A DNA stretch of 60,086 nt, filler included, from Nemertoderma westbladi (taxonomy: Eukaryota; Animalia; Xenacoelomorpha), in NCBI GenBank assembly GCA_032718475.1. It is 3 parts of 3 records of this genome, joined end to end, with 100 filler letters (N's around TTAATTAATTAA, not from the genome) between each part and the next. Parts side by side here need not be neighbours in the genome. Positions count along the whole stretch, not along the records: positions 1 to 18,207 come from JAUCBJ010004511.1; 2 more parts are not named here. One strand, written 5' to 3'. Position numbers and translations under genes: made by a program. Under the pieces are notes generated by a model that saw nothing but the letters and a program-made list of their open reading frames with translations, had not been told where the DNA came from and did no database searches. Below, piece after piece: positions 1-12,968 of this stretch (the first letter of the stretch is position 1; each line of letters starts with the position of its first letter).

Positions 1-1383
1 CTCCTCCCCTGCCATTCTCTCCCTACACTCCCGTTCGCTCCGTTCGGCCAACTCTGCCACTCTCCTAGCTCCCTCCCGTCGCCTTGCCTCACGCTCCTTG
101 CGTTCCTTTTCCTCTCTCGCCTCATGCTCCTTACGTTCCGCCTCCTCTCTCGCCTCACGCTCCTTGCGTTCCGCCTCCTTTCTCGCCTCATGCTCCTTAC
201 GTTCCGCCTCCTCTCTCGCCTCACGCTCCTTGCGTTCCGCCTCCTTTCTCGCCTCACGCTCCTTGCGTTCCGCCACATGCTCCTCTTGTTCCTTTCTCTC
301 TATTTCCTCACACTCCCTAAGGCTTCTCACGGCCCTTTCGGCCTTCTCTCCGGTTTCTCTAATCAATGCCGTTTCCCTCTCTAGCATCATTCTTCCCTCC
401 TCTAACCGTTTATCTATTTCCCTTTGACCTTGCGCTATCAGGTTGAGATGGTACGCGGCATCTATCTCTCTCACCCGTCTTTCTTTCGCGGAGGATGTAG
501 CAGACTTATCGGTTATGACGGACTCCCTCCGCCTTCCCGACCTACTGACTTTCCCCCGCATCCCGGAACTTCCTCCGACCGACGAGGCCGAATCCTCGGG
601 GTTAACCTCGGATTCGCCCCCCTCAGGTCTCTCCCAACCCACTAATTTTAATCCCCGGGCATCGACTAAGTATGGCCCTATATACACTACGCTAGGTTCC
701 ATACCCCTACACCGCCACAAGTCATACAGTTCCTCGGCAACCCCTCTCGCTCTCTCCTTTGCCAGTTCTCTTTGCCCGAAGCGCATTAGATAATTAAAGT
801 GTTTATTCGACTCACCTAGTCGTTTCCTCAGTCTCGCCTCGTCTATCTTCGCCCCCTCTTTGGCCTCCTTTAGTAGTTTCTGGGTCGCGTTGTAGGCCCG
901 TCGAAGTCGATCAGAAACCCCGACGTCCTCGTTGCCGACCTCTCTTCCGTCTCTCCGGGTCTGGCGTTGTACCGTCGGCCCCACCGTCGCCGTTTCGGTG
1001 GGCCGCTCGTCGCCTTCGGCCTGTGGCTGGCCGGCGACATCGGTACCGACTTCTCCTCCGTCTCTCCGGGTCCGGCGTTGTACCGTTGGCCCCACCGTCG
1101 CCGTTTCGGTGGGCCGCTCGTCGCCTTCGGCCTGTGGCTGGCCGGCGACATCAGTACGTCGACCCGCGTCTCGTGTCGACTCGTCTCCGTCTCCTTCCGT
1201 CTCGCTCTCTCCTTCTCTTGGCTCGACCTCGGGTTCCAGGCGGCCCCCCTCATCCTGAGCTGCCGGATGACCCGTTACCGATGGGTCCGGCGTTGTGGGC
1301 CTGTACCGCCTGGTTGCGGCCTCGCGGATCGTTAATTCTTCGTCCGGGGTCCGCGTCGGTGTTATCTCTCCCGACTAACTCAT
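1..1383 (-). CDS. Gag-like ORF of an LTR retrotransposon, running off the left edge (absent from ORF track)
   Basis: Manual translation: frame open from 1374 to 1 (458 codons); ATG at 1383 is followed by AGT then TAG. Contains a 37-aa duplication (111 bp, ~935-1151), an EVNPEDSASSVG motif typical of LTR-element Gag N-termini, and a coiled-coil E/R/K repeat (33-bp units, ~84-280). Starts about 70 bp downstream of an LTR-like sequence. Confidence 0.65.
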
Positions 1384-1454
1384 CTCGCTTGGTAATTGGT
1401 GGCTGGTGGTTACTGAGTTTAGTTGACTAGGGGGAACAGCTCGGATTTAATTAC

Positions 1455-2054
1455 TGTGACGGGATCCAGGAAGGATCCCGATTTATCCGGTTGTTTAATT
1501 CACTCGTCCCCGCCGTGTGTATGAAAGGTAAAAGGAGTTCGTGTCGTTCGTTGTATATAATAACTGATATAGATATAGGGTATATAGATATAGGTGTACG
1601 GATAATGTTGTCGTATACAGAAGGCGGGATACGGTAATTAAAGTCCCGGTCCTTCCCTAGCTAAACTAACTAACCTAACTAGCACCAATATGATACTGAG
1701 ATAACTGAATGAAATGATTACTGCCAACTGGCTATATTGCACGGTTGGCCTTGTTACTCTACCTAATCGATGCCTTTCCCCCCTCTGATTGGTTGATACC
1801 CTTGTTGGCGCCCTTTGGAGTGTTCCCGTTCACTCCACCTGTTCTCTCTCGGTTAGGGGTTTGGCCCCTGACCCTCATTGTGTGTTTCCTTCCCATTTTG
1901 TTGGGGTGGCACGAGTTGGTTGATTACCCAATCTCGTGGCTCCCAATATTGCTTATCGGCTTAACTTTATGGGGTGTTAGCGGGATTGAATAAGCTAACA
2001 GTTTTTGTCAATATTTGAAATAAATGTTATTATTTCTGGGGAGGAGTCACTACA
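1455..2054 (-). mobile_element. Probable 5' LTR (600 bp) of the gag-bearing element, Gypsy-like termini
   Basis: Minus strand begins TGTAGTGAC and ends CCCGTCACA (TG...CA). Has a CCAAT box near 1790 and a CGGGATCC-N5-GGATCCCG hairpin at 1460-1480. No TSD; lies directly upstream of the gag-like ORF. Confidence 0.55.
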
Positions 2055-3413
2055 CAGAAGCTGTGCGCTCTCAGTGAAGTGATACTTGTTGGACACTAAA
2101 ACAAATAATTATAATTTACCTAAGTTACTTAATACTAAAAATTACGTACAATTCGGGGTGAGATTACAATCTCTAAATAAACACAAAAAATTACACGTAC
2201 GAATTTTTAGGGTAATTTTACAGGGAATCTACAAACCAGCCTAACAAAGGGTTAGAAAATCTGGTTATTACAACGGACAGGATATTACGGTATTTGAAAA
2301 TAATAAACCAGTAGTAAATATATTGCGTTGTCCAGATAGGAAAAATACCACCGTCTGACGACTTATAGCCGTATCGCTATAAGTACTACGTTATGTATCA
2401 CGGAGTGTCCCTACCTGGAAGTTAATTACCGCGGCCTACCAGAGCCAACGTGCCTATTAACCACTTTACAACACAAATATACTGCCTACACACTAATTAC
2501 CTTCGGAAAGCACTGTACACTAAACCCTAAATTAGGTACAAGTACTTGTACAATAAATAACTAGCAGTTAGAAATACTTGTACAGCTAAAGGAACCACGG
2601 CATCTGCTGGAGTGACCGGGGCACAAAATCACCAGTCTTTACCTACGCCAAGCAGCCCTTATGTAGTACCGGGGTTAATTTAACTATAACGGTATGTATA
2701 ACAAGCACAATTACTGTGAGAATAAACTTGGGGTTATGAATGTTGCGAATAATCGCATAAACTCTGAATAATAAATATTACGCTACCCGTACAAACTACT
2801 CAAACAAAATACAAACCAAACGCTGGCAGACTACTATCAAGCCTAAATAAACTACAGTATGTGCAGACTCCGAAATGGTTAGTTAGTATGCGTTCTAACC
2901 GAGTAGTACAACTTATTCTTTCGGGGGGGGATTTACCTTACAGCTCTAGCTGCCCCTACGTTCCTAACCGGCACTTTATCGGACATACACTCTACATGCA
3001 CTGCAATCCATTCAGACCTATCAACAGTCAGACAACAGTCCAGCCTACAAATTATCTGTACGATCTGAGCAGGCTTACACGTCTTCTGCTCAATATTAGC
3101 CTACTAGTAAATAAAACTGACAGAAATAAGTAAACCATGCAAAGGAATAAGGGGTGATCAATCCCTAATCCCCTAACAGCCTACAATATACAATATATCA
3201 CAATCGAAATAATACTGATCTACCTATACCAGTATACTGCTGTAAGTTCCCGTTTCCGGTAGTTAGGTAGTTAGGCCTACAGGTTACCGGTCGACCGGTA
3301 CTTCAGCTTTATTGCTTACGGCAATAAAGAAGCAATAACCGTTATTGTTCTTACCAGAACAATAGTAAACTGTATTTATTGCCTACACTGCAATCAGAAT
3401 TAATAACTGTTAC

Positions 3414-4563
3414 TGTTCGCGCTTTTAAGACCTTTGGCAGTTTAACCCGCCAAATCTATATGTCTTCTAGGTTATAAATCGACTTTAGCCTATGACAAGT
3501 ATTTGACACAAATAAATCCAACATTAGCCGAAGCCAGTCTATGCGCGACCATTCACCCGCTGGATATACCCGGGAGACTGGATTCGGATGCTTTAATTTG
3601 ATTGCGGTGCAGGCCTACCGTACTATTCGATTGATCGTTAATATATAATTCCTGACAAATATCATTCACTTTCGGGAAATATTAGCAGTTCCTTTAGGAC
3701 GTGGCGCTCTATCTATATAAACAGAGCTATGGCTTACACTAAACACAACGGAATGGATTATAAGTTACACATAAGGCACATTCTTTAGGAGATGCTTTGT
3801 TACGCGGACAAGCACATACAGACTATTGCACACCGCTGCACACTGAATTGACGATAGTCACTGATTTTAATCATATATAAAGAGAATAGCAACCGACATT
3901 TGTAGGGCCTATAAAATAGCATTCAATTCACTACAAACCACGATAATATAAGTCGCAATTGCTATATGTAACCGGTCTCTCTAACCTTAGTGTATCAAGA
4001 AGATCGGGGTTTCTGATCGTTTATCGTTATTCTCCAAATAACAATATGTAAACAACTGATACAATTAATAACAAACAGTAAATTGCAGTAAATAATGTGC
4101 AATACAGCAGTAGGTACCGTACCGTACCGTACCGGTAACAGTTATGTGTTCTTATAATTAAAGCCGTTCTAATGTTGGAATAAAACAGAATAATTCCATA
4201 GCCGATGTTCATGGCATCAGGAAAACCAACACACTGAACCCTGTGAGCTGTTGCAGGTAGCTTTCAACACAAAGAGGAAAAGCTCTCATTGGCAGAGTTC
4301 CATATTCCACAGATTCCACGAATGTCTAAATGCCGAACTATTCGGATTTTTGCAGCCCTTGGATGAATCACTCTGCTTGGTTGACCTTGCTCTGGTTGGT
4401 TGATCGAACAGAACAAAGAGGCCATACGTACAGCAAATCAGCCAATCAGCCGGTAGCTTGCATCATTTGAGTTAGGGAGTTTTTCTTTAGAGTATTTGAG
4501 CGCATTGAGGGAAACTGGATTGCGAAGCAAAAGGGCCAGTTATATCCCACAAAAGCTTTTACA
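3414..4563 (-). mobile_element. LTR copy 1 of the exonuclease-ORF LTR family (5' or solo LTR)
   Basis: Reverse complement starts TGTAAAAGCTTTTG and ends AAAGCGCGAACA, matching 21217-22405 and 56469-57616, with shared internal blocks (AGCGCCACGTCC, GGGTGAATGGTCGCGCA). No purine tract upstream; flanks GTTAC/TTATT are not a clean TSD. Confidence 0.85.
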
Positions 4564-5755
4564 TTATTTACTATATATGTAACAAAATAATTGTTTTCGG
4601 GTTTAACTTGGAAGCCTCCCCAAATAGTTGATATACAATTATATTTAAAATTATTTCCATGGTCATGGTCATTCACCCGTCTTTAGTTAAAAATTTGTTT
4701 GCATGAAAGACAGTTTAGTTTAGTTTTTACTGATTTATTATCTCTTATCTGACTGGGGTAATAATAAAGGATAGGATAAATGGAAGCAAAGTGTGACAGT
4801 AACAAATATTTCCCCGTCACCCTAGCATGTCTTAAGTATATGATATATCAAAGGGGGAAGTTTGGATTCACTGCATAAATGCAGTTCACCAAACTTCCCC
4901 CGAATGCACACTGTAACTTCCCCCTTCCCACAAATATCCACTGTTGAATTAATTTGAAGCGATATAATAAGTACAAAATTGTGCGAGTTTTTAATTGTGT
5001 GGTCCAATTGTTATTTGATTTCTATTTATTATTTAAAGTGCATTTAATATCACGCTGGTTTTTAGAATATTATACTATACAACCTTATGTTTTATTAATT
5101 TACCCAATCGAAGCCTCATAAGGGCCGGTTATTTGTACGCATATCCCCTAATGCGCTCAGTAAGGTTCAAACAACATATTAATATGAAAATAAAGTATCT
5201 GCAAAGAAAAGAACCCAATACTATATAATTTGACCTTATTAAAAAATTTGCACTTTTGCACACTTATTTGTACAAATGCACTTTAGCAGATCGTAATGGT
5301 GGCTCTTATTTAACAAACTTATGTTTATCCTCTACCGATCTACGATGGTGTATGATCAAGTGTCAGTCGCTAAAAGTGTCAAAAATCCAATTTAATAAAT
5401 CTGGATTTGCGATTTTGGACCATATTCATGGACATTTTCCAAGTCACTTTATAGACATAAAAAGTTAAACAAATGTTACGATTATAGTTAGAAATCATTC
5501 CAAACTACATTTTAATCCAAAAAATAACATTCTACGATGAATAGAACTGGAAATAACAGTGTTTGAAATATCGAAAAAATGTTCACTATTTAAGTGCATT
5601 TTCCACTAAGTGCACATAAGTCTTTTCCCAAGTTTTATCCTATTTCACACACTACAATCTATTCTCTATCCAATGAAAAAAGTTTCAGATTAAACGGCCC
5701 TGTCGAACGAAGTTATTTATGTTTAAAAATAGTAACTCGAAAATTTCAAATTCTC

Positions 5756-5825
5756 TTGGTCACATAGTCTAGTGGTTATCAATCACGTTAATGAAACCTA
5801 AGTTCGCGGGTTCGAAATCCAATAT
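5756..5825 (+). mobile_element. Degenerate tRNA-like/SINE head
   Basis: A-box-like TAGTCTAGTGGTT and B-box-like GGTTCGAAATCC at tRNA spacing; no intact cloverleaf. Confidence 0.4.
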
Positions 5826-8179
5826 TGACCTGACCATTCTTAATTTTTTTGCAAAAAAAATTATTTTTATTTTTTCACTAAAATCGCTCTAACTTCGGTT
5901 CTGGTGGTCCAAATTCAATAAAATTGGTATATTCTTTGCCGTAATTTTTTTCTTAATCTTTTGAGAAGGGGTTATTTTTGGCCCCAAAAAAATTAAAAAA
6001 AAGGGCCAAAATAACGCGATATTTTCCGACCCTTAAAATTCGTAATTTTAATTATATATGTTAAGATAAAAGATAGCGGAGTTAATTTGATACTTTTTAC
6101 AGGTACTTTTGGCGCAATACGCTAAATTATAATGGAATAGCGATTTGTTAAAAAAAAAATTTTCCTCCCTTTTTATAAATATTATATTTCACACGATCGC
6201 CTGCCGCTCCAGTTTTATAATACCTCTGGCGCTGTGATTAACGCTGTTAGATAGATAAGTCTGTGTAAACAAATCTCCCGTAAGTTAAGTAGTTTTCGAG
6301 CTAGACGATTTCCCGCGAAGCAAGTTTGAAGCGCGAAATTATAATTTTGGCCCTCATTTTTTTAATATCATCCTTGGAGCAAAACCGATAGCATATTTGA
6401 ATTCCTCGTATGGATATTGACTGTATAGAATGTACCTTAACCAACTAAAGTTAAAAATAAAAAATTATTCGATAAAAACTACTTTACAAATTCTGGCTCT
6501 TTATGGCCCCTATTGCCAACATATTTTTTGTACCCCCATTCGATAGGAACGTAGCCCCAATGGTCTTCTACGAGTTTCATAAAAGAATTAGTGGATTCCT
6601 ACCCGCGTTGTCGAATTAAACATTTCGGAAATAAATTTTCCAAAAAAGACGGACAAAAACGTACAAATTTACAGCCCCTTTTTCCACCCGAAATTTTAAT
6701 AAATATCTTACCCCCATTCGATACGAAGGTAGTACCACTCTTCCCCTTTCCAACCGCGTTACTTTCGTCCCCGTACGATTAATATTAGCCGAGTTATAGC
6801 GGATCCCGCAAAGTCATTTTGTCCGTTTTTTCAACTTTGACGGACATTTTCGGAAAAAAGGCGTGGTAATCTTTTTTGAAAAAAAAAAACGAATTCACTA
6901 ATTAATCCCTTCTATCGTATCCCGGCGTCGGCTAAGCAATAACCTAGGGTTTTTTCGAGCCACTGTAGAGCGCCTTTCAAAAAATTTTTAAAATTGTCGA
7001 AAAAATGACGGATTTTTGTCCGCCGTGTCCGTCGAAGGGTTAGATTTAATAATGTTAGAGTTGCTAATATCTTAGAATTCCGAGCCGCTCCCCTGGTGAG
7101 AAAATAAAAAAATTTGGTCTGTTCCTTCATGGAAAAGTCCCCCAGAATCCCAAGTTAACCTATATAGTTAGCGATGGCCTGCGGCTTTAGGAGCGGCCGC
7201 GGTATTCACCTCCCTCATAGCGGCCGCGGCGGTGTTGCGTCAAATGGAGAAATATTTATCCCACCAAGAACGAAATAAGTAATAGTTCATTAAAACCGCA
7301 ATAAAATTTAAACCGGAAAGGTACTTTTTAATAATAAATATCTTATATAATTTTCAATCCAGGCACATATTAATTGTTTTCCTGTAATTCTATTGATGTG
7401 TGCTGCTTTCTGACGTAGCAGCATCTTAATTTAAGTTGTCAATCACCAACTTGGCGGGCTACCACCACATTGCAAAGAGGGAAGGAAGAGTTGTTACACA
7501 TTTATTAGCGGGATGATAACTATCCCTAATGCTGGGCTACGGCCAAAAAAGTTATTTTGCCCTAGGGCAAAATAACCATGTTATTCCCTCTTAGTAGTGA
7601 AGTGTTTATCGTGACACCACATACTGACATACAAACATAGGAACCGGTAATGCTGCTGTACTCGTCTTAGGTCTGTTGTGTGTCAGTGTAAATCAGGTAT
7701 TCAGACCACCAACTAGTTTTGTACTTCATGTTTCATTATTATTGGGCGTTTTGTATTTCATGTTTCATTATTATTGGGCTGTGCTCCACTAGACAGCAAG
7801 GCCTATTTATGTCTCATTAATCACCTCATTTGACGAATTATACTGACGGCACTGATCTATGACTAAACTTTCAATTTCCACAGCAAATTAAGAGGTACCG
7901 GTACAGTAGGCCTACATAGTGTCACAGTCCAGAGTCGCACCGTACCAGGTCTGCAGCCTTCAGCCCTGCAGGTAGGTCTAGTTTGGCCTGTATTTATATA
8001 GGCTGCAAGGTACCGTACTACCTCGTACTGCAGTGAGGCGTTTCTCCAGTTCCTTCCTCCTAAATGTCAAAAAAGATATCTAAGAATGTCGTTTAAATAC
8101 GTTCGCCTCTTTCTGCCTTTTCCTTTTTAATACAGACATTGAAACGTTTTAATATTAAAGTAAAGTAAAAAAAAGTATT

Positions 8180-8442
8180 AACCGGTCTTCTAAGCGGAAG
8201 GTCTGGTGTTCAAGCCCCAGAACAGCCAAATTTTTGCTAGCTTCCAGTTGTACTGTAGGCTAATGGCAACCTGTCATGAGTTAAGGAGTAAAGAATATGG
8301 TTAGATAACCAGAGTACTCGACCTTGGGAGTAGTGTGGTGCCTTTCCCTGCGTCACAGATAATAGCCAAGATAATGGAGCCTTTGGGTTGTTGCCTCGGG
8401 TGTTTCTTCTTACACGTTTAAATATAACTTTACTTTACTTTT
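8180..8442 (+). mobile_element. 5'-eroded SINE-like element with (TTTAC)n tail
   Basis: B-box-like GTTCAAGCCC near 8208 and short tandem tail ACTTTACTTTACTTT at the 3' end. Confidence 0.35.
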
Positions 8443-9470
8443 ATGCAGTTCTTAGCCAACACTACATTTTCTAGACCATACTTTGATATAGTGGAGCGGA
8501 GATAGGTGTTGGTCGACTCTAAGTGACATCCTTCTTTTAAAACTGGCATAAAAACCCGTTACTATGGGAATATTAATTACTATTTAGTTAACTTAAATAT
8601 AGCTCAAAATGTGGAGAAAAAGAAGTACCTACTTTTTTCCCTAGGGAATAATAGTTAATCATACAGTAGGCCTAGGATTGCATTTCATTACTTTTCCCGG
8701 CGAAAGATGTAAATGTGAAAATATTTTTCGTGGAATTTCTTAAACTTTATTACATGTGTTGAAAGAGCATCGAAATAGAAAATGTTTTTAGCTTTAAGAA
8801 ATATATATATATTAATATATATTCATATACATATAATATATATTCTTAATAAACTTTATATATTCCAGAACCATTAAATTAATTAACATTTTCCTAAGTA
8901 CTACATAATTATTTATACTAATAAATGTATTTAATGTGAACGATATACACCCCCCTTCTGTGGGTAGTGGATACATGACATGTCCACCAAAAATACTATT
9001 CAATTAATTCAGCCAAATTAGTTATATATCCAATTTGAAGTTAATGCAATGTTACTCCTAGCGGCCAATGTAAGAAAATAGGAATTTTAGAATGTAAACC
9101 ATTTACATAAGTTTGACATCAATATTCACCAACAAATTCAGGTGCTTTTTTGATGATCGAATCTTACGGCGATTGGATGAATTAAGCATAGAGCTATACA
9201 ACACACATGACACAGTAGGCCTAATGTTTTACCTTTGGAGCTTGGGTGTTATTATTCCCTTGGGCAAAATAACACCTATGCAATTAATGAATTAAAGTGA
9301 AACACACCGAAAATTTTCCAATGCCCTTGGGCAAAATCAATATAAACACCCCCAAAACTTTCCAAGCCCCATTTTGTAAACTCTCCCCCCAAACAATGCC
9401 CTTTTAGAATCTGTAATAATAGTTGTTTAAGGGATAAAAATAATCGAAATGCATACCACAGTACATGTGT

Positions 9471-9622
9471 AACAACTTACTTATTCCCCAGAAGTTAGTT
9501 ATTTTCCCAGTTATTTAACCCTTGGGCAGGAACACCCTCGGGCTTCGCCCTCGGGTTGTTTCCTGCCCGCGGGTTAAATAACTGGGAAAATAACTAACTT
9601 CTGGGGAATAAGCATAGTTGTT
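9471..9622. repeat. Near-perfect ~150-bp palindrome, MITE-like
   Basis: TTATTCCCCAGAAGTTAGTTATTTTCCCAGTTATTTAACCC is matched by its exact reverse complement; centre is GGGC-TTC-GCCC. Confidence 0.8.
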
Positions 9623-10129
9623 GGTTGGCTTGGCTGGGTTGGGTTGGGTTTAGTCTAGAGAGGGACTACTCCTACTGCATGAAGCATAGCCATCCATTGA
9701 TGTCGGTGTAAGTGCCAATCAACTAGTTGGAGTGGCCTTTAGTGATCTTATCTCTTTGATCACAAATTATGTATAAAATGGGGGGGGGGGGGGGGGGAAT
9801 GTTAAATTTATTAGGTTGAAAACAATTTAATTAACTATATTGACTGTATTGCTATCTCTATATTACTATCTTTATCACTGTGTTATATTGATAACTGTCA
9901 CCAAAATACTAGAAAATAATAGTATACAATATTTACATGCTCACATAAATGATACGAATAGCTTCAATTTAACGCAAATGTTTATTTATACAATTAATGT
10001 AACTTACGTATTATGTAGTGCAGTTTGAGATCTTAAACTTCTCTTCACTATAAATCTCAAGTTAAAATTCTCAATTACACCTTATGTTAATTATATAATT
10101 TAGAACAAAACCATATGATATGCATATGA

Positions 10130-12606
10130 AACCATATGCAGCCAAGCTAGGGCTCACAATCAAGCCAACTAAGTGTGAACTGATTTTCGCTCCCAGCTTC
10201 CCAGAGGACCTTAAGACAACAACCACCGCAATCTTTGACAAGATAACGCCAGGCATTAAAACAGTGGAGTTTGACAATTTGACCCTACTTTTATTATTAT
10301 TATTATTATTTTATTTATTTCAGCATCAAATATTCATATTATATACATTAAATATCAGTGCCATATCTATAAAAACACTAATGGTAGGGAATTTCTGCAC
10401 AATTAGTAAAATGGGTCTAAAAAATGAAACATAGGTGAAATAAAAAGCGTCAAGTTGCACGTGAGTAACACCACCGCTTAAAAGTATCGTACATTGTAGA
10501 CAATGGTCGGCAAGTGTTACGTACACATATTAAAATAGAATTAGATGACAAATTTACACGAGTATGCAAACTAAAAAGTGATATTCTAAAAATCTCTTTA
10601 AGAGAGCGGATATTAAAATTTACCAACATTTGACTCGCACTAATAATCTCGTCGGTCTCCTTATTGTATAATTTAATATTAAATAACGACCGGACAGATT
10701 TATTAATGGCAGTGTGCAGTTTGTTAAAACTTGACTGTAAAAAATATACATCAGACCACAACGCACAGCAATAGATTGACGAACAGTAACTGTTAAACAG
10801 TACTTTCTTAACTTTATCAGAACAGTTACTGAAGCGTCTAATCAAGGAATTGGCTCTAGCATAAAAAAGTCTAGTTTGTGCCAATATATCACAGTCGTCA
10901 GAAAAATCGCTGGAAATAATATGCCTTAAGTATTTAAAACATTCTACATTACTCAACTGTTTACAATCTAGGTTAATGAACGGCGGGCCAAATGTACCTT
11001 TCCTTAATTTACTACGAAAAAACATACATTTAGATTTCTTTGCGTTGAAGGTCATGCTATTATCCTTAGCAAAGTTTACACAAATATTAACAAGAGACTG
11101 TAACGAATGTGGGTTTACGGTTATGAGGCAAATATCATCAGCGTATATCAAGTGATTAATAACTGAGCCATTTAGTGTACAACCTAACTCGGATGAAGTT
11201 AAATCTTTACTTAGGTTATCAATAAAAAAGTTAAATAAAAGAGGTGAAATCGGGCTGCCCTGTTTAACACCATTAGTGCAATTAAAACTGGGGGAGGTAT
11301 ATCCCCCCCATCTGACAAACATTGACTGCTGAGCGCACCCCTAGGAGAATCAGCACTTGAAACCACTCTCCAGGAGAAGATAACTGACCTCACGCGATTC
11401 ACACAACGACTGCACCTACTCTCCTCCCACGATGCCCTTTTCTTACTTAGACACTGCTTCGCAATCCCCAAACTGATGCATATTCTCAGGTGCTCGCCAT
11501 GCTTCATCTCACCAACCCTCCGACAACTCGAAACCACAATCCGTCAAGCCCTCGAGGTGGCGACCAACTCTAAACTAGACAACACTGCATGGAAACAAGC
11601 CTCCCTCCCAGTATCACTCGGGGGGTTGGGCATTAGGAGTACGCGGGACGTTTCAGTACCTGCCTTTTTGGCATCAGTCTTCGGATGCACTCCCCTACTC
11701 CGAGCACTCCTCCCTCCTCATGTTGAAGGTAATACAGATCCAGCAATAACCCTGGCTAGGACACATCTCCCCCCAGGAACAAGTCCACCACCCAACCCTT
11801 CTATACAGAAAGCGTGGGACCACCCCATGAGCGTTATCCGGTTTGAAGAACTACTAGCAGCCGCTGGCACCCCCCTCAGCAAGGCTCGTCTGTTAGCCGC
11901 CAGGGCAGATCACTCTGGGGACTGGCTAAACGCCCTTCCAATATCTTCACTGGGACTCCGCCTCGAGGATGACCAACTACGAATTGGCGTAGCTCTCCGC
12001 CTAGGCACTACAATTTGCACTGAGCATGAATGTAGGAGCTGCGGTACTCAAGTAAACACCTCAGGTGTACACGGACTAAGCTGCATCCACAACTATGGCA
12101 AATACACCCGCCACGCTGAAGCGAACGACATCATCCACCGCGCCCTTAACTCAGCTGGTATACCATCCACCCTAGAACCAAGAGGCATGACGAGAGATGG
12201 GAAAAAACCTGATGGAATGACTCTGTCACCATGGTCAAAAGGCAGGATGCTTGTTTGGGACTATACATGTAGGGATACCCTAGCGACATCCTACCTCCCC
12301 ACGACGTCCCAGACAGCCGGAGCAGCAGCAACCGCAGCAGAGCGTGTAAAGGCACACAAATACGCTGACCTGTGCCATGACTACCACTTTGTGACTATAG
12401 CTACAGAGACCCTCGGACCCATTGGTGCCGAAGCAACCAGCACCATTCGTGAGATAGGGAGGAGGATCGCCCATACCACTGGTGAACCCCGGTCCACAGC
12501 TTTCCTCCACCAACGCCTATCCATGGCAGTGGTAAGAGGAAATGCCACCGCAGTCCTCGGCACCTTCCCCTCTAACAGAAACCTAGACGAGATTTTCCTA
12601 CTTTAA
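10130..12606 (+). mobile_element. 5'-truncated CRE-like non-LTR retrotransposon (RT C-terminal part, Zn finger, restriction-like endonuclease), interrupted by another LINE
   Basis: GLTIKPTKCEL (10150s) continues after the insertion as LLSAPLG...PKLMHILR...LPVSLGGLG, then CRSCG..HGLSC, RH, KPDG..WD, AE..K..KY and ETLG motifs of RLE-type elements; stop at 12606. Confidence 0.85.
10290..11325 (-). mobile_element. 5'-truncated APE-type LINE (RTEX-like) RT fragment with (TAA)n tail, nested in the CRE-like element
   Basis: ORF 10450-11322 has GVKQGSPISPLLF and YADD RT motifs; the tail reads TTATTATTATT at 10290-10320 on +; imperfect CTACT/CTGCT duplication at the junctions. Confidence 0.85.
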
Positions 12607-12968
12607 TAGCGATTACCTCCTGCACGATGAATAGATGCCTTTTATTATTCCTATCCCTTTTTTTTTATCACATTTTAGCTCATATCACATTTTATCAAAA
12701 TTAGTATTGTTGTCTTCTTAATTTGTTTTTTTAGAGTAGCATTATCATCTGCAGGCCCTTCTTGCTCGCCACCCCCACACAAACTTATTTAGGTTATATA
12801 AAATGTCCCATTATTCTTATTATTGTAATATTATGTCCAGATTGCTTTTGTATTTTACTATTAAAAATGCAGGATATTGCAATAATTAGTCAAAACATGG
12901 GGGTAACATGTTTGGTAATAGCACCACATTTTTGTCAATATCTACATCTTGATCATTTTTATTGTAGC

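Noticed and set aside
84-1430. Plus-strand ORFs at the left end
   Set aside because: Antisense shadows of the GC-rich minus-strand gag-like frame.
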